64,000 nucleotides of DNA. Source: a virus. Location: IMG/VR virus record IMGVR_UViG_3300020048_000027, positions 32,001 through 96,000 of that record. The stretch is one strand, 5' to 3'. Both the position numbers and the translations under genes were made by a program. The notes beneath the pieces are model-generated. The model searched no databases. It was not told where the DNA came from and saw nothing but the letters and a program-made list of their open reading frames with translations. Of the stretch, positions 30,741 through 38,611 are shown one piece after another (position 1 is the first letter of the stretch; the number at the start of each line of letters is the position of its first letter).

Positions 30741-30835
30741 AACTTATATTGTTTTAATTATTAATACCTAAATATATGAACTTTAATTAAGGTAGGCAAC
30801 TAATCACCTACCTTTTTTAGCTACACTAACTACCT

Positions 30836-31177
30836 TTATTCATCATCCCTCTCTTCATCAACAGGTCTAAGAAAATACTCATCACTAAGGTCCATAAAAT
30901 TATTTTCTAAAGCATCCTTTAAGTTTTCTAGTTGAATAGGTGTATGACATATTACAAGCCTATTCTCATAAGCTAATTCAAACTCAATTGCTTCAACATC
31001 TACAATTTGGTCAGGACTATTCTCAGCCCAGTCAAGAATATTCTCAATTGCTCTTTGAATATCTTCTACTAGAATTCCTTTTCCCTCGATTGAATTAATA
31101 AGGGTAATAACATCTTCTTTTGAAAAGATTGAGCTTACTGAATCTTTAACCGATTTTAATACTAATTCTTTTGTCAT
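30836..31177 (-). CDS. Hypothetical acidic early protein
   Basis: Behind promoter element. Confidence 0.7.
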   Translation of the reverse strand: MTKELVLKSVKDSVSSIFSKEDVITLINSIEGKGILVEDIQRAIENILDWAENSPDQIVDVEAIEFELAYENRLVICHTPIQLENLKDALENNFMDLSDEYFLRPVDEERDDE

Positions 31178-31236
31178 AATTTATATTGTTTTTAATTATA
31201 CCTAAATATACGAATTAACTTTGTAACTACCAACTT

Positions 31237-31389
31237 TTAAATAAAGTATTTTACCTCATCCCAACCTTTTTCTTTCTTAACTTTACAAAAATAAGTTGGA
31301 CCTTTTCTAAACTTTTTACCAAATTCACTCTCATCTTTAAACAAGAAAGGAGTATATTTACCTATATCTTTTTCTTCGATTTCTATCAT
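31237..31389 (-). CDS. Small early protein, 50 aa, probably leaderless (not in ORF track)
   Basis: MIEIEEKDIGKYTPFLF...VKYFI; ATG 3 nt after TATATTTAG. Confidence 0.6.
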   Translation of the reverse strand: MIEIEEKDIGKYTPFLFKDESEFGKKFRKGPTYFCKVKKEKGWDEVKYFI

Positions 31390-31447
31390 AAGCTAAATAT
31401 AAGGAAAAGTCAGTAGAGTACCAACTTTTCCTTTGTTTATTTTAAAA

Positions 31448-31756
31448 TTAATAATTGACTGATTTAATCAAATCTAAAATGACTTTGTCGGATAAAATTG
31501 CTTCAGCTTTGTCCTGTAAAAGTCTGTCATAATCAATCCCCATTTCTAAATGAAAATCCTTGAATTTGTGATAGTTCGTAAGTGCAACTCCTTGAAAGTA
31601 AATATCTATAAGGTCCACCCATTCATATTCTGCTGTAGGTTTTCCCTCTACACTTCCTTCAGAAATAGAGAATTGGTACTCCATATCTGCTACTAAACCT
31701 CCGACTTGTACTGGAATTGATAAAGTCAGTAAAACTGTTTTTCTTAATACTTTCAT
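31448..31756 (-). CDS. Hypothetical early protein
   Basis: Behind promoter element. Confidence 0.7.
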   Translation of the reverse strand: MKVLRKTVLLTLSIPVQVGGLVADMEYQFSISEGSVEGKPTAEYEWVDLIDIYFQGVALTNYHKFKDFHLEMGIDYDRLLQDKAEAILSDKVILDLIKSVNY

Positions 31757-31950
31757 AATACGTTTGTTTGTTTTAATTATACCTAAATATACGAATTAAT
31801 TTTGTAACTAGCAACTAATTTATAAAAAAAAGAGTAACTTTTTTAAGGTTACTCCTCTTCCTAATTAAAAACAATAAGGAGTTATGACTTCCTTATATTG
31901 TTCAGGAGAGCTAGCTTTACAGGTAAGTAGCCCTCCCCCTATTAAAAAAT

Positions 31951-32181
31951 TTATAAATTAACTCTTCTTTTTCTAGTCTTACTACGTTTTAAACTTAAGA
32001 AAGCTTTTGCTACCCCTAAAACTAAAATTGCTGAAAGACCTACTATTATTAGAATAGCTAAACCTATCCATAAAGGAGCAGTTACCCACCACCAAGACCA
32101 GTCTATGGTGCCTGTAAGTTTTAATACTAGAAAAATTAAAAAGAGTACTGTGCCTAATCCGGCTGATGATTTATTTTCCAT
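31951..32181 (-). CDS. Small membrane protein
   Basis: LVLKLTGTIDWSWWWVTAPLW, two TM helices. Confidence 0.75.
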   Translation of the reverse strand: MENKSSAGLGTVLFLIFLVLKLTGTIDWSWWWVTAPLWIGLAILIIVGLSAILVLGVAKAFLSLKRSKTRKRRVNL

Positions 32182-32243
32182 AATGCTTTGTTTGTTTTAA
32201 CTATACCTAAATATAAGAAGAAGCCTCCGAAGAGGCAACTTTT

Positions 32244-32516
32244 TTATTGATTTTCTCTTACTGCTTTTAAAAATGCTTCAACTACAAAATGATCTCCACT
32301 AAAATATCCTAATTGCTCAAGATTGCCATCTTCAATATCATTTAAAATATTTCCTAGTGTTCTATAAGAATCAATCTGATAGATTATACTTCCAAGATTT
32401 CTATAATGATTTCTATAGGATTCTACCGTGTCATCTAAATCAGACCTACGATCGTCATAGATACATGTTGCTACTTGTATAAGTGTTTGTTTTGCAGTTG
32501 ATAATAAATTTCCCAT
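32244..32516 (-). CDS. Hypothetical early protein
   Basis: Behind promoter element. Confidence 0.7.
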   Translation of the reverse strand: MGNLLSTAKQTLIQVATCIYDDRRSDLDDTVESYRNHYRNLGSIIYQIDSYRTLGNILNDIEDGNLEQLGYFSGDHFVVEAFLKAVRENQ

Positions 32517-32585
32517 AATTTTATATTTGTTTTTAATTATTATATCTAAAGATAAGAAGAAGCCTCCGAAGAGGCAACTTTATTT

Positions 32586-32744
32586 TTAAAATTTATCACT
32601 AATGTAGACTATTTGTGCAGATGTTAATTCAACCTTACACCTCTCAGCTACTTGTGCTACTAGGTTAGGACTTACCAAGTCACTAGATATTTTAAAGTTT
32701 ATGATACTTAGAATTACTGTTCTCATATTTTCACTTACAATCAT
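32586..32744 (-). CDS. Small early protein, 52 aa (not in ORF track)
   Basis: MIVSENMRTVILSII...YISDKF fills the gap between two elements. Confidence 0.65.
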   Translation of the reverse strand: MIVSENMRTVILSIINFKISSDLVSPNLVAQVAERCKVELTSAQIVYISDKF

Positions 32745-32829
32745 CTTTAATATAGTTTAATTATACCTAAATATACGAAGAATAAATAAGGTAAGCAACT
32801 AATCACTTATCTTCTTTATACTTAATTTA

Positions 32830-32991
32830 CTATAATTGGTTATTTATTAATGTTTGAATTATTTCTAAGACATCTGCTTCTGTATACAAATTATCTGTTT
32901 TCCAATAATTTCTCCCATCTTTTCTGTCTTGTACTGCTTCAATGTTTTGTTCATTCAACCATTGTCGTGTAGTCATAAATTGTGGAACCAT
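32830..32991 (-). CDS. Small early protein, 53 aa (not in ORF track)
   Basis: MVPQFMTTRQWLNEQ...INNQL between two elements. Confidence 0.65.
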   Translation of the reverse strand: MVPQFMTTRQWLNEQNIEAVQDRKDGRNYWKTDNLYTEADVLEIIQTLINNQL

Positions 32992-33084
32992 AATCTTTAT
33001 TGTTTTTAATTATACCTAAATATAAGAAAAATATTAATATAAAACAACTTTATACTAATATTTTTCTTACCTTAATTTAAATTA

Positions 33085-33513
33085 CTAATACATCATACAT
33101 TCATTCCTAAATTTCTCAACCAACTCATCCATCATTTTACTTACATCCCCATCCATATTCTTAACAACTACCTCATCCTTAATAACCTCATTCCTAACTT
33201 GAAAATCAATACTAACAACTTCCTTAACCTTATAACCTTCATTTAACAATCCTCTTCCATAAAAATCTCCCCCACCTAACTTAATTCCTTTTACCTCCAA
33301 AATACTTACCCTTAACTTTTCTTCTATCTTTCTTACTTCCTCTATTCCATTATTAACTTCCCCTACTAATTTTCTATATTCCTTTATTAAATACTTATTT
33401 TTACTTTCAAACTCCTCTAAAACCTTATTATTTTCCTTTTCCTTACCCTCTCTAATCCTTTTACTAATTAAATTTACTAAACTTTCAATCTCATAATTTT
33501 TTAAATTTCCCAT
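33085..33513 (-). CDS. Hypothetical coiled-coil early protein
   Basis: 142 aa, E/K-rich. Confidence 0.7.
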   Translation of the reverse strand: MGNLKNYEIESLVNLISKRIREGKEKENNKVLEEFESKNKYLIKEYRKLVGEVNNGIEEVRKIEEKLRVSILEVKGIKLGGGDFYGRGLLNEGYKVKEVVSIDFQVRNEVIKDEVVVKNMDGDVSKMMDELVEKFRNECMMY

Positions 33514-33577
33514 AATTTTATATTTGTTTTTAATTATTATACCTAAATATACGAAATAACTTTGTAACTAGCAACTT

Positions 33578-33847
33578 TTACACTATGTTTGTTTTAAAAT
33601 ATTTTTGTTTTATAATGTAATAGTAATATAGCTTCCTACTATCGGATGCTGTTTTCCATAGTATTCTCTTATATAAACCTTTCTCTAACCCCCTTCTTAA
33701 CATCTCCGCATATTTCTTATTACTTTCATAAGAAGAACTTCTGTAATAATTAAATACTTTTTCCTGTATTTGAGATTCTGTTTGAGGGTTTGAAGTTTCA
33801 AGAAACTTAACAATTTCCTTTACTGAACGGTATTGGGCTGTTTTCAT
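33578..33847 (-). CDS. Hypothetical early protein (start revised to MKTAQYR)
   Basis: ORF-track extension reads through the promoter element. Confidence 0.65.
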   Translation of the reverse strand: MKTAQYRSVKEIVKFLETSNPQTESQIQEKVFNYYRSSSYESNKKYAEMLRRGLEKGLYKRILWKTASDSRKLYYYYIIKQKYFKTNIV

Positions 33848-33922
33848 AATATGTTTGTTTTTAATTATACCTAAATATACGAACAATAATTAAGGTAGGC
33901 AACTAATTACCTACCTTTTTTA

Positions 33923-34219
33923 TTACCTGCTTATAACCTTCTCAATAGCTTCAGATCCCATATTTACCATATCTAATACTAAGTTCCAATTCCCTTCATC
34001 TGCTTGCCATTCTATTTCAAATGGTTTGTGTTTCATTCCCCAATTTGATAAAGCAAAACCCATTCCGGACATTTTAAATTCCTCCCTATCATTTTTAGAA
34101 AACCTAATTGTACCTTTGTTATCACACATACAAGAAACTGTGTAAACTATTACTTCTTTTGCCCCTTGTTTAATTTCTAATTTAGGAGGACTAATTCTTA
34201 ATTCTGAATACCTACTCAT
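33923..34219 (-). CDS. Hypothetical early protein
   Basis: Behind promoter element. Confidence 0.7.
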   Translation of the reverse strand: MSRYSELRISPPKLEIKQGAKEVIVYTVSCMCDNKGTIRFSKNDREEFKMSGMGFALSNWGMKHKPFEIEWQADEGNWNLVLDMVNMGSEAIEKVISR

Positions 34220-34288
34220 AACCTATATTGTTTTTTAATTATACCTAAATATACGAACAATAATTAAGTTAGACAACTTTTATTTAAG

Positions 34289-34405
34289 TTATTCTAAGTC
34301 ATTTCCATGTTCATCTAAATATTCCCCCCAATCTATCCTATCATCAGGATGACATTGACTATTCCAATCATTCCAAGCTTTTCTTAATTCTACTAATGTT
34401 ACCAT
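34289..34405 (-). CDS. Small early peptide, 38 aa (not in ORF track)
   Basis: MVTLVELRKAWNDWNSQCHPDDRIDWGEYLDEHGNDLE between two elements. Confidence 0.6.
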   Translation of the reverse strand: MVTLVELRKAWNDWNSQCHPDDRIDWGEYLDEHGNDLE

Positions 34406-34465
34406 ATTTTCTTTTAACTATACCTAAATATAAGAACTTTAATTAAGTTAGACAACTTTATTTAC

Positions 34466-34759
34466 CTATTTCTTTATAATAGTCCTGATTATATTTTCTA
34501 TTCCTGTAGGAACTACCTGTTCATTTGTATTCTGAAGATATACAGGACCTGTGTAAGTAAACGTATTAAACTCAGGATTAACAAGTTCTTCTCTAGGGGA
34601 AGGCTGTCTTACAATTTCTGTTATCCTTCTAGCTCCATCAAAGGACCTAAATTCATTGCAGGTAGTCCTATACCAATTACCTTTAATCTGCACCTCTAGT
34701 ACAGCAGCTGTATTGAAGTCATACTTCTTCTTTACTGTTCCTCCCTTTTTCTCTCCCAT
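34466..34759 (-). CDS. Hypothetical protein
   Basis: 97 aa; preceded by a truncated element. Confidence 0.7.
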   Translation of the reverse strand: MGEKKGGTVKKKYDFNTAAVLEVQIKGNWYRTTCNEFRSFDGARRITEIVRQPSPREELVNPEFNTFTYTGPVYLQNTNEQVVPTGIENIIRTIIKK

Positions 34760-34803
34760 AAAAAAATATTAAGTTAAACAACTAATCACCTACCTTTTTT
34801 CAC

Positions 34804-35049
34804 TCACTTTTCTAGTAAGTACCAACTAGACATTCCTTCCTCAAAAAACATTTTTACTTCTTCTTCACTTTCAAATACAAGTTTCTCCTCGTCCTCTTTC
34901 ATTTCATTAATTTCTTCTTCATCATAATCTTCACTCAACTCCTCTAATACAAACTCCTCTAAAGTCTTACCTTCTTTCAAATCAAAGAATTCAATATCAT
35001 TCTCCATCATTCCCCAATCATTTGTAACTATAACTTTTAATACTCTCAT
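34804..35049 (-). CDS. Highly acidic early protein
   Basis: 81 aa, very Glu-rich. Confidence 0.7.
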   Translation of the reverse strand: MRVLKVIVTNDWGMMENDIEFFDLKEGKTLEEFVLEELSEDYDEEEINEMKEDEEKLVFESEEEVKMFFEEGMSSWYLLEK

Positions 35050-35122
35050 AATATGTTTGTTTTTAATTATACCTAAATATATGAAAAAGAATTAAGGTAC
35101 CCAACTAAATGACTACCTTTTT

Positions 35123-35359
35123 TTAAATTTGTTTAAGCGGATAATAGTAAATCACGCCTAAATCCATTTCCCTATCCCTCTCACATTCAGTTGTAAAGCC
35201 AAAGGGTTTTAAAATATCCTTTAACTCCTCTAAATTAACCTTATCCCAATCCCCAAATTTAAGGTAAGGATGAGTATTCATAAAAGCATAACTACTATCA
35301 ATTTCTTTATCTGTCCAAACCTCTAAAACTCCTAAAACATCTCTACTTATATAATTCAT
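35123..35359 (-). CDS. Hypothetical early protein
   Basis: Behind promoter element. Confidence 0.7.
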   Translation of the reverse strand: MNYISRDVLGVLEVWTDKEIDSSYAFMNTHPYLKFGDWDKVNLEELKDILKPFGFTTECERDREMDLGVIYYYPLKQI

Positions 35360-35446
35360 AATATCTATTTGTTTTTAATTATACCTAAATATAAGAACTT
35401 TATTTAATATAAGCAACTAATCTTTTTTAAAAAAACATTGTTACTT

Positions 35447-35486
35447 AGTTGCCTGACAAAGATAAGTTTCGTATCTTTAGGTATAG
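35447..35486 (+). promoter_or_regulatory. Inverted (plus-strand) copy of the early promoter
   Basis: AGTTGCCTGACAAAGATAAGTTTCGTATCTTTAGGTATA; no ORF follows (ATG AAG ATC TAG). Confidence 0.7.
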
Positions 35487-35622
35487 ATGAAGATCTAGGG
35501 GCGTAGTGTAACACCAACACTGGAAGAGTAGACGGGCGGGTACCTCACAGTCTGCAAAACCCTAAACACCCTCTATGTGCAGATCTCACCCCATATCCCT
35601 AATCTCCCTATATACCCCTTTT

Positions 35623-35726
35623 TCCTTGATAGAGGTAAAAATCCTTGATAGAGTGCTTTTTCCTTGATAGAGTGCTTTTTCCTTGATAGAGGTAAAAATC
35701 CTTGATAGAGTGCTTTTTCCTTGATA
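35623..35726. repeat. Iteron-like 19-bp tandem repeats x6
   Basis: TCCTTGATAGAG at 35623, 35642, 35661, 35680, 35699 and partial at 35718; 7-nt linkers GTAAAAA or TGCTTTT. Confidence 0.9.
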
Positions 35727-35902
35727 AGACTAAATTGCTTGAATGGAAGGACAAAGCTTGAATAGGTGTTTCCTATGGTAGAATTTAAGCATATCCCTTA
35801 AAAGTACTATAGCAACTTCCCCTTTGACTATGTAAAATCTCTAAGATATACTATAACTTTGTTACTTGTACTTGTTTTTAGATGTTTTTCCATAGGGACT
35901 CC

Positions 35903-36157
35903 CTATACTACTTTACTTTTTCGTATTCTTTTAAGAGTCTCTCGTAAGGACTCACGTAGTACATTATTAAAGGTAGTTAGCATCTCTAGATCTTCCAAGG
36001 AAGGGTCGGCAGGTAGGTGCTTCCTGTTAAAGTTAACTATGAGTTTTTCTAAGGCTCCCTTATGACTCAAAGAATCAGCACTATTAATCACCTTAAGTAC
36101 CCAGAAGGTATCTGAGTATATAGATCTGTATTCAATATTTAGTCCTCTTGTTTTCAT
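35903..36157 (-). CDS. Hypothetical protein
   Basis: 84 aa; promoter variant TATCTTTAC just upstream. Confidence 0.55.
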   Translation of the reverse strand: MKTRGLNIEYRSIYSDTFWVLKVINSADSLSHKGALEKLIVNFNRKHLPADPSLEDLEMLTTFNNVLRESLRETLKRIRKSKVV

Positions 36158-36960
36158 ACTGTAAAGATAAGAAGAATTAATCTAATCTACAACTCTCTAC
36201 CCTTATCTTTTTACCCCTCTCTCTTTAAGGTTATTTTTTTATCTATGTGAGATGATTAATAAGGCAGGAGAACGTAGGGAAGAAGGCGGGAAGATGCCGT
36301 GAGGACAGTGGGAGATACTAAAGGCGGGAGGACGTAGTGAGGATGCCGTGAGGATATCGTGAGTCTCTAGTGATTTTTCTATATTCTGAGAGAATTTATG
36401 AAGGGAGAGAGGCGCATCCCTATTCTTTACTTCCTTTCTAACATACCTGCCTTACTTTCTATTTATACACTACTATGATATCATTATAATATTACTTTAA
36501 TATCATTATTATATTATATGCATATTATTTTAACTAAATACTTACCCTTCTATTCTCCTCTTCTTATAACTATATGATTACTTTCGTTTCTTTATAGGTT
36601 TTAATAGGTTCTCTCCTTAGTTCAATTGTCTAATAAGCCTTTCTATTGTACCACTCTTACCCCTCTTCATATACGTTATTCTTTCAGTATGACTTTTATA
36701 TCTCTTTCAGTATCCTATCTCTATCTCTCCATACAGTCAATTAGGATTCAAGTATGGTCTGCTTATCAATCTCCCAATCACCTGTCAGTTCAGGATGGAA
36801 CTCCCAGAACATTCCAGATCTTAATACCTTATCGTAATCTTCTTTTGTTTTTATTTGCCAGTACATCTTAATGAATTTATCTGAGTTATACTATTGGTAT
36901 TGGTCTTTATGTTTATATCTTTCTCTCTAGTGCTTGTAGTTCTTTGATTATTACTTGAGG

Positions 36961-37158
36961 CTATTTATCTCTCCAAATTTTTACTATTTGATAGGTTCCC
37001 CAATATCCCATTCCCACTCCAAGTAAGACTATAACTATTATTAGAATCTTTTGTATTATCACAAAGCTTACTATACTTGCTATGATTGCTAGTACCGTTA
37101 AAATTAATACAACTGCTATTAAGTGATCTACTATACTGTCTTTCATTTTATTTAACAT
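36961..37158 (-). CDS. Small membrane protein
   Basis: Two TM helices. Confidence 0.6.
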   Translation of the reverse strand: MLNKMKDSIVDHLIAVVLILTVLAIIASIVSFVIIQKILIIVIVLLGVGMGYWGTYQIVKIWRDK

Positions 37159-37193
37159 GCTATCTTACTATTAGTTTATAAGTTATATTATAA

Positions 37194-37517
37194 TCAATCC
37201 TTAATCCTTAAACCATACTGTAGGTCAAACCAGCTAAAGGTCTGTGCAGAAGCAGTCTTACTACATCTATATGCTTTGCTTATTAAAGGAACAGCATATG
37301 CTTTAAACTCATCATGCTGTCTGGAGGTCATGGTCCATTCACTATACCATTTAGGTTCGGCTGTTGCCTGGTCTAACGTCTTACCAACCATTGCCAATTG
37401 ATACTCAATCAAATGATCAGCCAAAGTATGTCTGGTAAGTTTAAGTTTCTTTTCCATCTTATTACTATTCATTCTAGTTATTCTAACTCTATCTCTAAGC
37501 CCCATTCTAACCACCAA
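37194..37517 (-). CDS. Hypothetical protein (true start probably internal)
   Basis: W..EWTMT..QH.EF...FSWFDLQYGL. Confidence 0.6.
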   Translation of the reverse strand: MVVRMGLRDRVRITRMNSNKMEKKLKLTRHTLADHLIEYQLAMVGKTLDQATAEPKWYSEWTMTSRQHDEFKAYAVPLISKAYRCSKTASAQTFSWFDLQYGLRIKD

Positions 37518-37633
37518 ATACCAAGCCTATAGTTTCCTGTTAACATCCTATCATAGGTCACCACCACCGTAGGCAGTAGGTATAGTTGATATAGAGGTTT
37601 ATTAAATGATATTTTCATACTCCTTTATTTATA

Positions 37634-37732
37634 TTATTAATAACTTTCCTGCAAGGCAGGTTAAATATTTTAAAAATATGTGAACTTATTAATAACTTTC
37701 CTGCAAGGCAGGTTAAATATTTTAAAAATATG
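37634..37732. repeat. 47-bp direct repeat x2 containing a CCTGC-AAG-GCAGG hairpin
   Basis: Copies at 37634-37680 and 37686-37732; a 14-bp direct repeat follows at 37765/37783. Confidence 0.9.
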
Positions 37733-37802
37733 CGCGAGACGAAATTAATAAGACGCCCCCTCTTCTGCCTGTACTCTTTATACTGCCTGTACTCTTCTCC
37801 TT

Positions 37803-38240
37803 TTAATATTTATTCCAACCCGTTCGCCTAGCTTTCAATAGTCTATTACTTCTATATCCAATATATTCTAAAAATTCATCCGTTGGCTTTACTCCATGCA
37901 CTAATACATAATGTGGTGCAAAATCTTCCGGCCATATCCATTCATCTGTTTGATATTCTTGATTACCCAGTCTTTCGCCCGTAATTCTACTTTTAGTCGA
38001 ACCCATATAACCAATTTCCTTTGCCGTTTTCTCTTTCAATCGTATCAATTCGTAAATATCGTTTGCCTCTACTGGTGATAATACGTTTGGAATTGGTATT
38101 GGATACTCAACTTTATCTCTGGATGATATCATTTCTCGTGTTATTGAAGTCCTACCATCAGCTGATGTCATTGTTACCATGTGAGGTGGTTTTTTCCAAT
38201 ATCCCTCTATGTTTCTACCTTTATAATCTTTGTGTATCAT
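37803..38240 (-). CDS. Hypothetical protein
   Basis: 145-aa ORF. Confidence 0.7.
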   Translation of the reverse strand: MIHKDYKGRNIEGYWKKPPHMVTMTSADGRTSITREMISSRDKVEYPIPIPNVLSPVEANDIYELIRLKEKTAKEIGYMGSTKSRITGERLGNQEYQTDEWIWPEDFAPHYVLVHGVKPTDEFLEYIGYRSNRLLKARRTGWNKY

Positions 38241-38254
38241 AATTTACCTTTCTT

Positions 38255-38602
38255 AAAAAAAATATGTTGTCGAAAGTAGAAAGTATATAGACTATGTCAA
38301 ATATAAAATCAATGTCAAAAACCTTCCTCTACCTCAAAGGCAAAGTTAAAACCTAAGTCTCAGTTACAATAGCCAATTATCTGTCTAGTTTTAAAGATTT
38401 CTCTTTCTCTATGAGCTTTCAGTAACTTGTCTATTAGTTGAGTTCTATCTCAGTTTTAGTTTTTTTGTAGTGGAAGCGAAGTTTAAATAAGGCCCATGGC
38501 CGTTTAATTGCTTAGATTGATATCTGTCTCTTATGTAGTTTTAGAAATCCTTCCACTTTCGACACAAAACCAAAAGACATAGGCTTCTGCTTAGCCTTTT
38601 GG
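38255..38602 (-). ncRNA. Candidate structured non-coding RNA
   Basis: 15-bp closing stem 38549-38563/38269-38283 with G.U pairs on the minus strand, nested stem 38467-38476/38323-38332, 3' U-tract, no ORF. Confidence 0.65.
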
Positions 38603-38611
38603 TACCATATA

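Larger units (their letters stand above)
30169..30801. repeat. Exact 288-bp tandem duplication (2.2 copies)
   Basis: Identical 57-bp element at 30169, 30457, 30745 and two identical ORFs. Confidence 0.95.
25159..35420 (-). promoter_or_regulatory. Family of ~20 repeated early promoter/leader elements
   Basis: Minus consensus AGTTG-N~17-TTC(G/T/A)TATATTTAGGTATAATTAAAAACAA(A)TA-N-ATG; copies begin near 25159, 26050, 26980, 27622, 28044, 28774, 30165, 30453, 30741, 31178, 31390, 31757, 32182, 32517, 32745, 32992, 33514, 33848, 34220, 34406, 35050, 35360; resembles Bacteroidota -33 TTG / -7 TAnnTTTG. Confidence 0.85.

Noticed and set aside
33848-33886. ORF-track N-terminal extensions (also at 17887, 41900, 43370, 44264, 46343, 48040)
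   Set aside because: They run through promoter elements, hairpin arms or upstream genes; downstream ATGs with A-rich leaders fit better.
25159-35420. Early elements as CRISPR repeats or attC sites
   Set aside because: Spacing is gene-sized, the sequence is conserved and promoter-like at a fixed distance from ATG, and the paired AAC/GTT boxes seen at 40.6-44.9 kb are absent.
35623-35726. CRISPR-like appearance of the 12-bp repeat
   Set aside because: Linkers are only 7 nt and are two recurring sequences rather than unique spacers; no cas genes in the window.
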